Of a stretch of DNA of 55,422 nt, positions 1 to 9,316 are shown in pieces (position 1 is the first letter of the stretch; each line of letters opens with the position of its first letter). The stretch covers positions 1 through 55,422 of the forward strand of contig SOIB01000086.1 of NCBI GenBank assembly GCA_004377355.1, in the 5' to 3' direction. A program made the translations under genes and the position numbers. The notes beneath the pieces were generated by a model. That model saw nothing but the letters and a program-made list of their open reading frames with translations, was not told the origin of the DNA and ran no database searches. Source of the DNA: Candidatus Stahliibacteriota bacterium. Its GTDB lineage: Bacteria; Hydrothermota; UBA3072.

Positions 1-872
1 CCAAGGTAAACATATTGCATCCCCATATTCTTTGCTATTCTATATGCTTTTTCAAGGATTTCTATGGGAGTAGGGGGGAGGTCGGTTAATTTATGATGTG
101 GAAAGAACTTTAAGAAATGAATTGGGGTATATATACCTAAATTTTCTTCTATCCATTTAACGAGTTCTTTTACTTTTCCCATTGAATCTCCTGCCAGTGG
201 TACAATTAGATCGGTGATTTCAATATGGATATTGTTTTTCTTAAATTCTTTTAATGCTCGAAAAATTGGCTCAGGGGAAGGAATACCGATATAACTCCTC
301 AAGAATCCTTCCTCACCCGAACCTTTAAAATTTACTGAAACAGCATCCAGATATGGTGCAATCTTTTTAATTGGTTCAGGGCTTATGTAACCATTTGTAA
401 CATAGGTGTTATATAAACCCTCTTCATGTGCTATCTTTGCTGTATCATATGTTAGTTCGTAAAATATAGTTGGTTCAGTGAAAGTATAGCTTAAACCCTC
501 ACACCCATATAGTTTTGCTTTTTTTACTAACTCATGAGGAGAAATTGCTTGCCCCATTATCTTCCCCTGACTCAGATGCCAGTTCTGACAATATTTACAT
601 TTCCAGTTGCATCCCTGAGTACATATAGAATAGGCTCTACTTCCTGGAGCAAAGTGATACAAAGGCTTTCTTTCAATCTCGTGGACTACTTCAGAGCTAA
701 CTTTATCATATACAAGCGAATATAACGTTCCATCAATATTTTTTCTTACCCCGCATACACCTGTCTTTCCTTCCGGTATTATACAGCCTTTAGGCAGGAC
801 ATAATCCCAACCACAAAGGTGGCATCTTACCTTACCATCTTTTAGTTTTTCATAAAACATTGCCTCTTTCAT
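1..872 (-). CDS. radical SAM enzyme, AmmeMemoRadiSam (AmrS)/PflA-like; C-terminal end runs off the window
   Basis: My own minus-strand translation from ATG at 872, with GGAGAGGAG just upstream: MKEAMFYEKLKDGKVRCHLCGWDYVLPKGCIIPEGKTGVCGVRKNIDGTLY...ICTQGCNWKCKYCQNWHLSQ. It has an N-terminal Cys finger plus a CX3CX2C radical-SAM motif followed by QNW. It is absent from the ORF track because no stop lies inside the window. Confidence 0.75.
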   Translation of the reverse strand, partial: MKEAMFYEKLKDGKVRCHLCGWDYVLPKGCIIPEGKTGVCGVRKNIDGTLYSLVYDKVSSEVVHEIERKPLYHFAPGSRAYSICTQGCNWKCKYCQNWHLSQGKIMGQAISPHELVKKAKLYGCEGLSYTFTEPTIFYELTYDTAKIAHEEGLYNTYVTNGYISPEPIKKIAPYLDAVSVNFKGSGEEGFLRSYIGIPSPEPIFRALKEFKKNNIHIEITDLIVPLAGDSMGKVKELVKWIEENLGIYTPIHFLKFFPHHKLTDLPPTPIEILEKAYRIAKNMGMQYVYL

Positions 873-1055
873 TTGCTCCTCTCCAAATTTATATATCTCG
901 CAAAGAACGCAAATAAATCTAAGAAAATTTAGTGTAATAAAAGGAAAATTTTACATTTTATAGTTTTCATTTTGTGTTAAATATAAATTTATTTTATATA
1001 TTTAAAAGCTTTTATATTTAAGAAAGACAATTGACTCTAGACTCATGAATCACGA

Positions 1056-1955
1056 CTAAAATCCTCTATGCAATCCCAATACTTCTGCCTTATCTATTAA
1101 TTTTATATACTCCCTTCTTGTAATTGGTCTTAAGAGTTCTTCGTATTCGGAAGCGTTGAAACAGGGTCTATATTGATCCATAATATTAACGTATGAATCA
1201 GTAGATAATCTGTTTGCAATGAACTCAAGGACTTTTTCTGATTCAGCGATATCATTGGGTAAAACAAGATGCCTTATTAAAAGTCCTTTTTCTGCTATCC
1301 CGTAGTTATTGATTTTTAGATCACCAACTTGAGTGTGCATTTCTTTTACTGCCTTTCTTGATACATCCCAATAATCATTAACTTTTGAATATTTCAAACC
1401 ATTCTCATTAGAACCGTACTTAATATCTGGCATATAAATATCCACTATCCCATCCAGCAATTTTATCGTATCTTCTGAGTCATAACCACCTGTATTATAA
1501 ACAATAGGGATTTTAAGTCCTCCTTCTTTTGCTATCATTAAGGATTTCACTAATTGAGGAGTATAATGCGTGGGACTAACCCAGTTTATATTATGACAAC
1601 CTATTTTTTGTAAAAAAAGCATGGTTATTGCAACTTCTTCTTCTGATGCTTCTTTTCCTTCTCCAGTCTGAGAGATTGTCCAATTCTGACAGTAAACGCA
1701 TTTGCATGTGCAGTTGCTCAAGAATATAGTTCCAGAACCACCGCTGCCAACAAGAACTCGTTCTTCCCCATAGTGAGGAAAGGAGGAACTCACCTCCATT
1801 CTAAATCCCGCATTACAGGAACCCTTTTTTTCAAAACGATTGATATTACACTGATTACCACACAAATCACATGAAGTAAGTTTATCCCATAATTTTTCCA
1901 CTCTTGACTTGAAATCTGTTTCAGACAGTGAAAGATATGATGGTTCCATTTTCAA
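1056..1955 (-). CDS. radical SAM protein, PflX-like (pyruvate formate-lyase activase-related family)
   Basis: 299-aa ORF with a CX3CX2C motif in NCTCKCVYCQNW and an N-terminal Cys cluster CDLCGNQC...GSCNAG. Start is TTG at 1955 or ATG at 1949. Confidence 0.8.
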   Translation of the reverse strand: MKMEPSYLSLSETDFKSRVEKLWDKLTSCDLCGNQCNINRFEKKGSCNAGFRMEVSSSFPHYGEERVLVGSGGSGTIFLSNCTCKCVYCQNWTISQTGEGKEASEEEVAITMLFLQKIGCHNINWVSPTHYTPQLVKSLMIAKEGGLKIPIVYNTGGYDSEDTIKLLDGIVDIYMPDIKYGSNENGLKYSKVNDYWDVSRKAVKEMHTQVGDLKINNYGIAEKGLLIRHLVLPNDIAESEKVLEFIANRLSTDSYVNIMDQYRPCFNASEYEELLRPITRREYIKLIDKAEVLGLHRGF

Positions 1956-2008
1956 TTTTATATTATTCCCTTGACCCCTCGAATCCTCGACCCCTTGAAC
2001 CCTTATAT

Positions 2009-2962
2009 TTATACAACTCTATATAATGGTTCTTCACCCTCCAGTGCAGCGAGTAGATTCTTGCATGCTATCTCTGCCATTCCTTTTCTCGCTCTGTACG
2101 TTGCACTGCCTATGTGTGGAGTCACTACAACGTTCTTTAAACGAAGAAGATGTGGATTTACTCCCGGCTCATGTTCAAATACATCCAAAGCTGCTCCTCC
2201 AATCTTACCCAGCCTTAACGCATCGGCAAGAGCAGATTCATTTATAATAGATCCCCTACCTGTATTAATCAGAAATGCAGTTTCTTTCATTAATGAGAGC
2301 TCTTTCTCGTCTATAAGGTGATGAGTATCTTTAGTAAGTGGAAGGTGTATACTTATTATATCAGCGTTATTTAGTATCCATTTAAGGTCTTTTTTCTTAG
2401 CTTCCGTTTCTTTTTCAAACTCTTTCTTCTTTGAACTGTCATAATAAACTATCTCTGCACCGAGAGCATGTAATTTTCTTGAGACTTCAGTTCCTATTCT
2501 TCCTACTCCAAGTATTCCTACTAATTTGCCTTTTAATTCGTATCCTAGAAGCAGGTCTGGCTCCCAACCAGTAAATTTACCCAGACGCAAGAATTCACGT
2601 GATTCTATAATCCGCCTTATAAGGGTAAAGATAAGACACACAGTAAGTTCAGCTGTTGCATTAGTTAGAATATCAGGGGTATTGGTGACTATTATACCTC
2701 TCTTTTTTGCTTCATTTATATCTATATTATCATGACCCACAGCGTAATTTGAGATTACTTTCAAATTTTTGGCTTTATTAAGAACTGTTTTATCTATCTT
2801 ATCTGAAAGAAGAACTATTGCACCATCTTTATTTTTTAATCGTTCTCCCAGTTCATTGCTTGAAAGAAATTGATTTTTTGGTTGCACTTCTATCTCTACT
2901 TTCCCATTTAATAATGATAACCAGCCATCAGGAAAAGGATATGTTACGTATATCTTATGCAT
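2009..2962 (-). CDS. D-isomer-specific 2-hydroxyacid dehydrogenase (glyoxylate/hydroxypyruvate reductase-like)
   Basis: 317 aa with the NAD-binding motif GILGVGRIGTEV and a C-terminal HIGSAT motif typical of the family. Confidence 0.85.
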   Translation of the reverse strand: MHKIYVTYPFPDGWLSLLNGKVEIEVQPKNQFLSSNELGERLKNKDGAIVLLSDKIDKTVLNKAKNLKVISNYAVGHDNIDINEAKKRGIIVTNTPDILTNATAELTVCLIFTLIRRIIESREFLRLGKFTGWEPDLLLGYELKGKLVGILGVGRIGTEVSRKLHALGAEIVYYDSSKKKEFEKETEAKKKDLKWILNNADIISIHLPLTKDTHHLIDEKELSLMKETAFLINTGRGSIINESALADALRLGKIGGAALDVFEHEPGVNPHLLRLKNVVVTPHIGSATYRARKGMAEIACKNLLAALEGEEPLYRVV

Positions 2963-3306
2963 TAAGAACCTCCAATAGAAACCAGAAGTATACCAGCAAT
3001 AACGCCTGCGACATCGTATATCAGGTCTTTTACAGAAAAATTCTCATCTCTTTTATATTTATCATGGATTTCTTTTGTTATACCTGCGAGTGTTCCAATA
3101 GAAATGGAAATATATAATGAATTTTTCTTGTCAATACTGCCTATATTCGTAGAGATGAGGTATGTGGAAGATGAAATTGCTGCAGAGTGCAAGAAATGAT
3201 GTAGTTTATCCTCAGAGAACCAGGGATCCTTAGGTAGGTTTATTCTTATTGAATCTTTTTCTATTTGAGGAGAAGTAGCAATTAGCAGACTAAAGAGAAA
3301 GATCAT
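2962..3306 (-). CDS. small membrane/lipoprotein, DUF2279 (YfiM)-like
   Basis: 114 aa with a hydrophobic N-terminus. The FSEDKLHHFLHS and KEIHDKY...FSVKDLIYDVAG motifs resemble DUF2279. The stop/start abuts the downstream gene. Confidence 0.5.
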   Translation of the reverse strand: MIFLFSLLIATSPQIEKDSIRINLPKDPWFSEDKLHHFLHSAAISSSTYLISTNIGSIDKKNSLYISISIGTLAGITKEIHDKYKRDENFSVKDLIYDVAGVIAGILLVSIGGS

Positions 3307-3832
3307 CTGCTATAGATTTCATACCAGAAAGGCAGATACTTATAAATTCATTGATTGTGAGGTTCATCCCTTCGCATTTTTTTATATTCTCTCTATCTGC
3401 TCCTCTTGCAAATTGTTTTTCTTTGAATTTCTTCATAATGAATTCAGTGGATAGTCCCGAGAGACCTTCAGGGTGAACAAGAGCACAGGCTACTATCAGA
3501 CCGGATAAAGCATCAGAGGCAAGAAGAGAAGTTTCCATCTTATTTTTAGCCTCATCGTGACCCACATGAACTTTTATGGCTTGCAAGATATCGTCTGTGA
3601 TATCAAAGCTCTTAAGATATTCTATTCCTCTAAGACCATGTTCTTCAGGATTATCTTTTGTGTCTTCATAATCAATATCATGAAGAAGTCCTGCTAAAGT
3701 CCATTTTTCCTTATCTTTCCCAAAATATTCAGCAAGATTTACCATACAGGCTTCAACAGCTAACATGTGCTTTATTAATTTATCATCTTTTATCTTGGAT
3801 TTTATTAAATCGAGCGCCTCATCTCGATTCAT
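3290..3832 (-). CDS. HD-domain metal-dependent phosphohydrolase
   Basis: 180 aa with H...LLHDIDYE (the HD motif) and later His residues (KVHVGHDE). Confidence 0.75.
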   Translation of the reverse strand: MNRDEALDLIKSKIKDDKLIKHMLAVEACMVNLAEYFGKDKEKWTLAGLLHDIDYEDTKDNPEEHGLRGIEYLKSFDITDDILQAIKVHVGHDEAKNKMETSLLASDALSGLIVACALVHPEGLSGLSTEFIMKKFKEKQFARGADRENIKKCEGMNLTINEFISICLSGMKSIADDLSL

Positions 3833-5252
3833 CCTTTTCCTCCATTAGCATTGCTTTCACTTTTTCTTCCATATCCGGGAAGCGGATTCTCAGTTCTGTA
3901 AATGCCTTCTTAAAGAATTTCTTATCTTTGCTTTTGTAAAGTGCTTTCAATAATCTAAGCAGGATATAGGGGGCATCACTAGTATCCCTATATTTCTTAT
4001 AAGCACTAACTAATATTTTTGATGCATTCTGGTACTGCTTTCTCATATTATGTAAGCTTGAGATATAGTAAAAATCATAGGTGGTAAGTGATGATGAAAG
4101 GTCTCTTTCATTAATATCTTTCTCGTAAAACGATAAAATTAAATCAACCTCTGCATTTCCTTTTCTTAATTCCCGCAGGGCTTCTCTTGCGATAGAACCT
4201 GCTTCTTCTTTTCGTTCATTTGTACAGTAAAGGTCTATGAGTTCTTCTGATATTTTTAAATTGGCGGGATCCTTGCTTAATTTGTCCTTTAATAATTTCT
4301 CTGCAGTCTCTGTATCGCCCAAACTTCTTGCTTCTACTGCTTTTGAAAAACTTGTATCCACATAATCCAGTGTTTCATCAACAAGAGGTTTTAAGAATTT
4401 TTCTTCTAAGCCATAGTACTTCAAAACAAAAACTACTATAGCACCAAAGGCAAATCCTCCTACATGTGCCCAGAAAGCAACATTTGAATAAGCACTAAAG
4501 GTGAATGCGTAGATTAGTTCTCTGAGGAACCAGAACGGAAGAACGATACCAGCATAGATTGGGAATGTAGTAATTATTGGAGGGAAGAACCATAGAAATA
4601 ACAAATGTATCTTTGAATTATAATATCGGATGGCAAACGCTCCCATAACACCAGCTATCGCACCAGATGCGCCAATAAGTGGTATGGATGATTGTGAAAT
4701 AAGGGAAAAGATTACAGATGCAATAATTCCTGAGAAAATATAAAAACCTAGAAAGAAAGGTCTTCCCCATTCATCTTCAAGATTAACTCCCACCAGCCAT
4801 AGGAACCACATATTTCCGAGGAGATGACCGATACTGCCGTGTAAGAATAGATGAGTTATAAGCTTGAATACATTGAATTCAGTAGCTGTAAATCCAAATC
4901 GTTTTGTAAATCTTGATTCAAGTGCTTCATTAAATTTCTGGTATCTTTTATTCCATTCTTCCCATTCTTCATCAGTAAGCCCGTATTCCCTGTTTTTTAT
5001 CTTTTCTCTCATCTCTTCAATATTTGTTAAGTATTCCTGATAATCAAACACACCTTCTCTATCAGGATGTTGCATATATATCATAGTTTCGTAATCATTA
5101 AGACTTTCAAAAGTTTCATTTATCCTTTTAGTATCTCGTATCATAATGGGGAATGTGATACAGAAAATTAAAAAGTTAATTCCAATGAGTGATAGTGTAA
5201 CAATAGGGAGTCTACGAACCTTGCTTTCAGACTTGATAGGAAGTAACATCAA
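3819..5252 (-). CDS. rhomboid-family intramembrane serine protease with C-terminal TPR-like extension
   Basis: 477 aa. The rhomboid core has HLFLHGSIGHLLGNMW and the catalytic GASGAIAGVMG, followed by a downstream AHVGGFAFG His. About 190 aa of helical repeat tail follow. Confidence 0.8.
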   Translation of the reverse strand: MMLLPIKSESKVRRLPIVTLSLIGINFLIFCITFPIMIRDTKRINETFESLNDYETMIYMQHPDREGVFDYQEYLTNIEEMREKIKNREYGLTDEEWEEWNKRYQKFNEALESRFTKRFGFTATEFNVFKLITHLFLHGSIGHLLGNMWFLWLVGVNLEDEWGRPFFLGFYIFSGIIASVIFSLISQSSIPLIGASGAIAGVMGAFAIRYYNSKIHLLFLWFFPPIITTFPIYAGIVLPFWFLRELIYAFTFSAYSNVAFWAHVGGFAFGAIVVFVLKYYGLEEKFLKPLVDETLDYVDTSFSKAVEARSLGDTETAEKLLKDKLSKDPANLKISEELIDLYCTNERKEEAGSIAREALRELRKGNAEVDLILSFYEKDINERDLSSSLTTYDFYYISSLHNMRKQYQNASKILVSAYKKYRDTSDAPYILLRLLKALYKSKDKKFFKKAFTELRIRFPDMEEKVKAMLMEEKDESR

Positions 5253-6315
5253 AACCTCTATTATTAAAGAAGTTGGTTAAGATTTCAGTTTTTTCATGTA
5301 CAACGACAACATCCTGAAATCTTACTCCATATTTTCCAGGAAAATGGAACCCTAATTGGACTGATAAACATATGCCAGGTTTGAGTATAGCTGTATTTTT
5401 AGGAGAAATTATAACCCCATCTATTAAAGGAGAAAGGGGAGTGCTGATTGGTCCTATAAAGTTTTCTGCATAGTTATTTTCTTCAATAAGGTTCCAGACA
5501 TAGTTATGAATTTCTTTCACTATCTTTCCTGGTGTTATAAAATCAAGGAATCTTTTATAAATGCTATTAGATTTTCTGAATAATTCTTTCAGTTCTTTTC
5601 TATCAGTGCCTATGGTATAGGTTCTACCAACTTCTATTCCGATACCTTTTCGTATGAGCCCAAAATTAATGTGCAACGGATCACCATCTTCTAATCTGTT
5701 GTAATTGCTTATAGAAAAGGGATTTGCAGTATTTTCACCAAAAATGACCTTGGTTGGAAACGCTCTTCTCTCACCACCTGATTTATAAATATTCTCATCA
5801 ATTATGTTTCGTATAGTAATTTCAGAACAACCTATCTTTATTTTGTTCAAGGTTTCTTTGAGTACTTCTTTACAAATTTCTGCATTTTCTTTGAGTAGTG
5901 TAAGACGATGCTCATCCGGGAAGAGGAATAAACTTAAGAAAGGGTCATCAATTGTGACAACTTTATAATCAGGGATTTCGATATCATCAAATGAGCCAAT
6001 CTTTTTTATCTTTAGCTTTTTAAGTAAACCTTTTAGAAGTTTTATTGGACGCATTGCCGTTTCTCGAAGTTCTTTTAGATTCTCTTCTTCTTTTTTTACT
6101 CCCTTTGGTGTTTTGACAAGAGATAAAGAAAAGGGATCACCGATAAGGTGGATTTCCTTAGGAGTTATTAAGAGATAAAATCCAACTTCAAAAAAATTGA
6201 AGGAAGCATTTATTCCAAGTATATGGAGAATCTTATAAATATTAGTAATTAGAACTGCATCAAGTTTTTGTTCTGTAATAGTCTTACGGATATTATCTAA
6301 TAATTTTTTATCCAC
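5227..6315 (-). CDS. M24 (creatinase/prolidase fold) homolog with substituted metal ligands; probable pseudo-peptidase
   Basis: 362 aa. The family blocks are recognisable (HINFGLIRKGIGIEVGRTY; LKPGICLSVQLGF; GVRFQDVVVV), but the canonical Asp/His/Glu/Glu positions read N, no His, Q and Q. Confidence 0.65.
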   Translation of the reverse strand: MDKKLLDNIRKTITEQKLDAVLITNIYKILHILGINASFNFFEVGFYLLITPKEIHLIGDPFSLSLVKTPKGVKKEEENLKELRETAMRPIKLLKGLLKKLKIKKIGSFDDIEIPDYKVVTIDDPFLSLFLFPDEHRLTLLKENAEICKEVLKETLNKIKIGCSEITIRNIIDENIYKSGGERRAFPTKVIFGENTANPFSISNYNRLEDGDPLHINFGLIRKGIGIEVGRTYTIGTDRKELKELFRKSNSIYKRFLDFITPGKIVKEIHNYVWNLIEENNYAENFIGPISTPLSPLIDGVIISPKNTAILKPGICLSVQLGFHFPGKYGVRFQDVVVVHEKTEILTNFFNNRGFDVTSYQV

Positions 6316-6988
6316 TAATTTCTTTTATTGCCTCTATTGTTTTGAGTTTTCTTTCAGCCCGAAAACGGAGTGTAGGATTATCAGTTAGGTTTAAAACCTC
6401 TTTGTAGGCAGCCTCAGCCTCAATTATTCTATTTAAATTAAGATAAATTCTTCCAATCTGCATAAGACAATCTGTTTTAAACGGATTGGATATAAATTTG
6501 TCCAATGCATTCTGATAGTACTCCAGGGCTTTTATTATATTACCTTTCTGTTCATAACACTGAGCAATGCCCTGATAGGAAGAAGGGGTGAATAACTCAT
6601 CATATTTTCCCTTTATGAATAGTTCAAAATTCTCAAGGGCTTTATCAATTTGCCCTGTTTTGTAGTAAATGTTTGCAAGCATGAATGTGGAACGGTGAGC
6701 AAATTTTGTTCCCCAGAACTCACGTTTAATCATTTCAAATTGCTGTTGCGCTTGATTTATTTCACCGCTACTGTATATTGCCATCCCCATATTATATTCA
6801 TTTCTTGCCGTTTCTCTAATATTCCGCGTGCGATTTATGTATGAGTAAAAGAGAACTACTATTACTGCAATACCAATAATTCCCCATATTACGAGCTTTT
6901 TATGGTGCTCATAAAATATAATTAAATTCTCAATAGTTTCTTTAAACTCATCACGCTTTAAATCTTTCTTTTTAAACTTTTTCATCAT
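6308..6988 (-). CDS. membrane-anchored TPR-repeat protein (YfgM-like architecture)
   Basis: 226 aa with a single N-terminal TM segment (LVIWGIIGIAVIVVLFYSY) followed by TPR-like repeats. Confidence 0.7.
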   Translation of the reverse strand: MMKKFKKKDLKRDEFKETIENLIIFYEHHKKLVIWGIIGIAVIVVLFYSYINRTRNIRETARNEYNMGMAIYSSGEINQAQQQFEMIKREFWGTKFAHRSTFMLANIYYKTGQIDKALENFELFIKGKYDELFTPSSYQGIAQCYEQKGNIIKALEYYQNALDKFISNPFKTDCLMQIGRIYLNLNRIIEAEAAYKEVLNLTDNPTLRFRAERKLKTIEAIKEISG

Positions 6989-7004
6989 TCCTCCAATAAT
7001 TACA

Positions 7005-7077
7005 TACCCCTGGTAAGATTCGAACTTACGACCCCCGGTTTAGGAAACCGGTGCTCTATCCACTGAGCTACAGGGGC
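7005..7077 (-). tRNA. tRNA-Arg (anticodon CCT)
   Basis: Minus strand reads GCCCCTG TA GCTC AGTGGATA GAGC A CCGGT TTCCTAA ACCGG GGGTC GTAAG TTCGAAT CTTAC CAGGGGT A. This is a full cloverleaf with a GTTCGAAT T-loop and anticodon loop TT-CCT-AA. Positions 1-72 form a G-U pair. No CCA is encoded. Confidence 0.9.
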
Positions 7078-7132
7078 TCGTTATATTTTTATGGAAAAAC
7101 CCAAATTTGTCAATCCTTTTTTACAGGGATAT

Positions 7133-8230
7133 CTATTCAGGTTTAAATTCCTTGATATTGTAGGATACTATGCCCAACCCTATTTCCTCCCCAATTTTGA
7201 GATACTCATTAATATCCATAGCATAATCATACAAGGCTTTTACTTTATCCTTAGAAGCAAGCTCCATACTTTTCCAGGGCGCATTCTTAAGTGGTGGAGC
7301 TTCTTCAACTAAATGGTACGAAGCATTATCTATAGAAACTATATCCTTTGATATCAGGAATCCTATATTCTCGACAGCTAAATTCATAGTTGTGGGAAAG
7401 CAGTCACAGTGTGGTGTAATATCCATGAGAACATTTAGGAAGGAACTTTTTGGGATTTTATCTAATATTGCCTTTGTGTAATATACGGTTTTTGTGGCTG
7501 TATTTCTGTCAAGGTCCCAATTAAATCTTATTGCTCCCTGTTTACAAGAGATAATGCACATGCCACAACCTATACATTTTTTCATATTAATAGTTGCAGA
7601 TTTTTTCAGAGTTATTGCGTTTTCTGGACAATATAATACACAATCTCCACATAATTCACATTTCTCGTCTAATACTACGGGTTTAACATCAGAGTGGAGG
7701 TATAATTTTCCTCTTCTTGAAGCCATTCCCATACCAACATTCTTAATAGCACCACCATACCCAAATAAATCGTGGAATTTGAAATGGGAAATAGTAAGCA
7801 AATAATCTATATCTTCTATAATCATACCCGCGTATACCTCTTTAATTTCATCAAAATTAGTTTTTATTGTAATCTCATCTCTTCCGATAATTCCATCTCC
7901 TACAAGAAAGGGAGCACCTACCGTAGCATATGTAAAACCATTCAAATATGCAGTCTTGTGGTGGTCAACTGCATTCCATCTTCCCAGTCTGTATAAAGTA
8001 TTGCAGTCAAAAAGGAAGGGTTTTGCACCTCGTCTTTTAAGTTCATCCACTACAACCCTGACAATCTGAGGTCTAATATGTGTGATATTTCCTTCCTCAC
8101 CTACGTGCAGCTTTATTCCTACAAAGTTTCCTTCTTCAATGTCATCAAGATAATCTTCTTTTTTGAGGAGTTCCCTGATAAGTTCAAGTGGAGACTTATC
8201 TCCGAATTTAACTAGTGTGACATCACTCAT
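7133..8230 (-). CDS. DUF362 domain protein with 2x[4Fe-4S] ferredoxin-type insert
   Basis: 365 aa with two CxxCxxCxxxCP motifs (CELCGDCVLYCP, CIGCGMCIISC) inside a DUF362-like scaffold. Confidence 0.8.
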   Translation of the reverse strand: MSDVTLVKFGDKSPLELIRELLKKEDYLDDIEEGNFVGIKLHVGEEGNITHIRPQIVRVVVDELKRRGAKPFLFDCNTLYRLGRWNAVDHHKTAYLNGFTYATVGAPFLVGDGIIGRDEITIKTNFDEIKEVYAGMIIEDIDYLLTISHFKFHDLFGYGGAIKNVGMGMASRRGKLYLHSDVKPVVLDEKCELCGDCVLYCPENAITLKKSATINMKKCIGCGMCIISCKQGAIRFNWDLDRNTATKTVYYTKAILDKIPKSSFLNVLMDITPHCDCFPTTMNLAVENIGFLISKDIVSIDNASYHLVEEAPPLKNAPWKSMELASKDKVKALYDYAMDINEYLKIGEEIGLGIVSYNIKEFKPE

Positions 8231-8326
8231 ATTTTTGAAATTAAGATAAAATCTATATGAGTCAATAGATAATCATTATAATTATTAAATTATATGTAAA
8301 TTCGAGCTATTCATAGGAAAAATTGT

Positions 8327-8860
8327 TTAGTCGAAATTGAGGGAAATACCAACCATGAAACCGGGATCACTGAAATCGATTACCTTAACGTTGTTAACTG
8401 TCTTACTTGCGTAAATATACTTACCTTCTACATAAAACCCAATCTTCCAGAATGCCTTATAATTTATTCCAGCAACAGCGTCAAGCAGAATACCCCTCTG
8501 TGTATTATCAGGATCCCCGACCTTAGGAACATCCAGTAAACCAATACCACCTCCCAGGTAGACATCTGCTTTTTCATTAAATACAGGGGTAAGATAGAGT
8601 GTGTTAACTGCAAGCAACCCTTCTATCTCATAAGGATGGATTGCATCGGGAGACTTTTTATGGTATTCCCAGGAAATTGAAAAGGCAATTGGAACCTTAT
8701 CCAGCTTGAGATCCAGAGCAAGTTGCCCACCGCCTAATTTTTTATCTGGTGCGCGTTCATCAACAAGGCCACCCATTATACCTAATCGCAGGGTAAAACT
8801 AACAGCCTGAGCACTGGTAAAAGCACTAAGAATGATTACTGCTAAAATAAACCTTTTCAT
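8327..8860 (-). CDS. outer-membrane beta-barrel protein (OmpW/opacity-like small porin)
   Basis: 177 aa with signal peptide MKRFILAVIILSAFTSAQA, alternating beta-strand pattern and an aromatic C-terminal strand (GISLNFD). Confidence 0.7.
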   Translation of the reverse strand: MKRFILAVIILSAFTSAQAVSFTLRLGIMGGLVDERAPDKKLGGGQLALDLKLDKVPIAFSISWEYHKKSPDAIHPYEIEGLLAVNTLYLTPVFNEKADVYLGGGIGLLDVPKVGDPDNTQRGILLDAVAGINYKAFWKIGFYVEGKYIYASKTVNNVKVIDFSDPGFMVGISLNFD

Positions 8861-8979
8861 ATAAATATTCTAATTAATTTTTCTTATATGTCTATATCTA
8901 AAACAATATGGTGACTAAATAAAAATTTTGATAATAAAATTTTTGAATTGTTAATGTTCTTCATTTAATGTTAATTTTT

Positions 8980-9259
8980 GACATTGTCCCAAAGTTGTAT
9001 GATGAGTAGTTTAATAAAAAGTTGTTTTATGCTCGGTAATATTATTCAGAAATCGCAGTCGATTTCCCCGGCGAGGAAATCGCTGCTCCCGCTCTCACTT
9101 TCACTCTTTATGATTTCCAAAGGAAATCATAAATCCATGCCCGCTCAAGTATTGATGAGGGTTTCTGAATAACATCATCTCGCATTTATTCCAGAAATTA
9201 AGTGGTAAATGTATGAAATTTCTAAATAAAGATAAATCATACAACTTTGGGACAACCTC
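8980..9259. mobile_element. MITE-like non-autonomous element or structured-RNA locus (24-bp TIRs, 8-bp flanking direct repeat)
   Basis: The TIRs are GACATTGTCCCAAAGTTGTATGAT (8980-9003) and its inverted copy at 9236-9259. The inner 20 bp are perfect and there are 2 mismatches at the tips. The identical octamer TAATTTTT abuts both ends (8972-8979, 9260-9267). The interior is a stack of nested hairpins. No transposase lies in the window. Confidence 0.55.
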
Positions 9260-9316
9260 TAATTTTTAATTAAAAAATGGTAGTTTATTTAACTCTTTTG
9301 TGATAGTATGCAAATA

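Noticed and set aside
1-1955. Two adjacent radical SAM genes, considered as a RiPP or peptide-modification cluster
   Set aside because: No precursor peptide, peptidase, transporter or SPASM-type auxiliary cluster motifs are visible. Both proteins resemble activase-type families (AmrS/PflA and PflX). The cluster is cut by the window edge, so nothing more can be claimed.
8978-9172. 64-aa plus-strand ORF inside the TIR-bounded element
   Set aside because: Its TTG start lies within the TIR and flanking repeat, it has no SD, and the frame crosses three perfect hairpins. It looks like a chance ORF in structured DNA.
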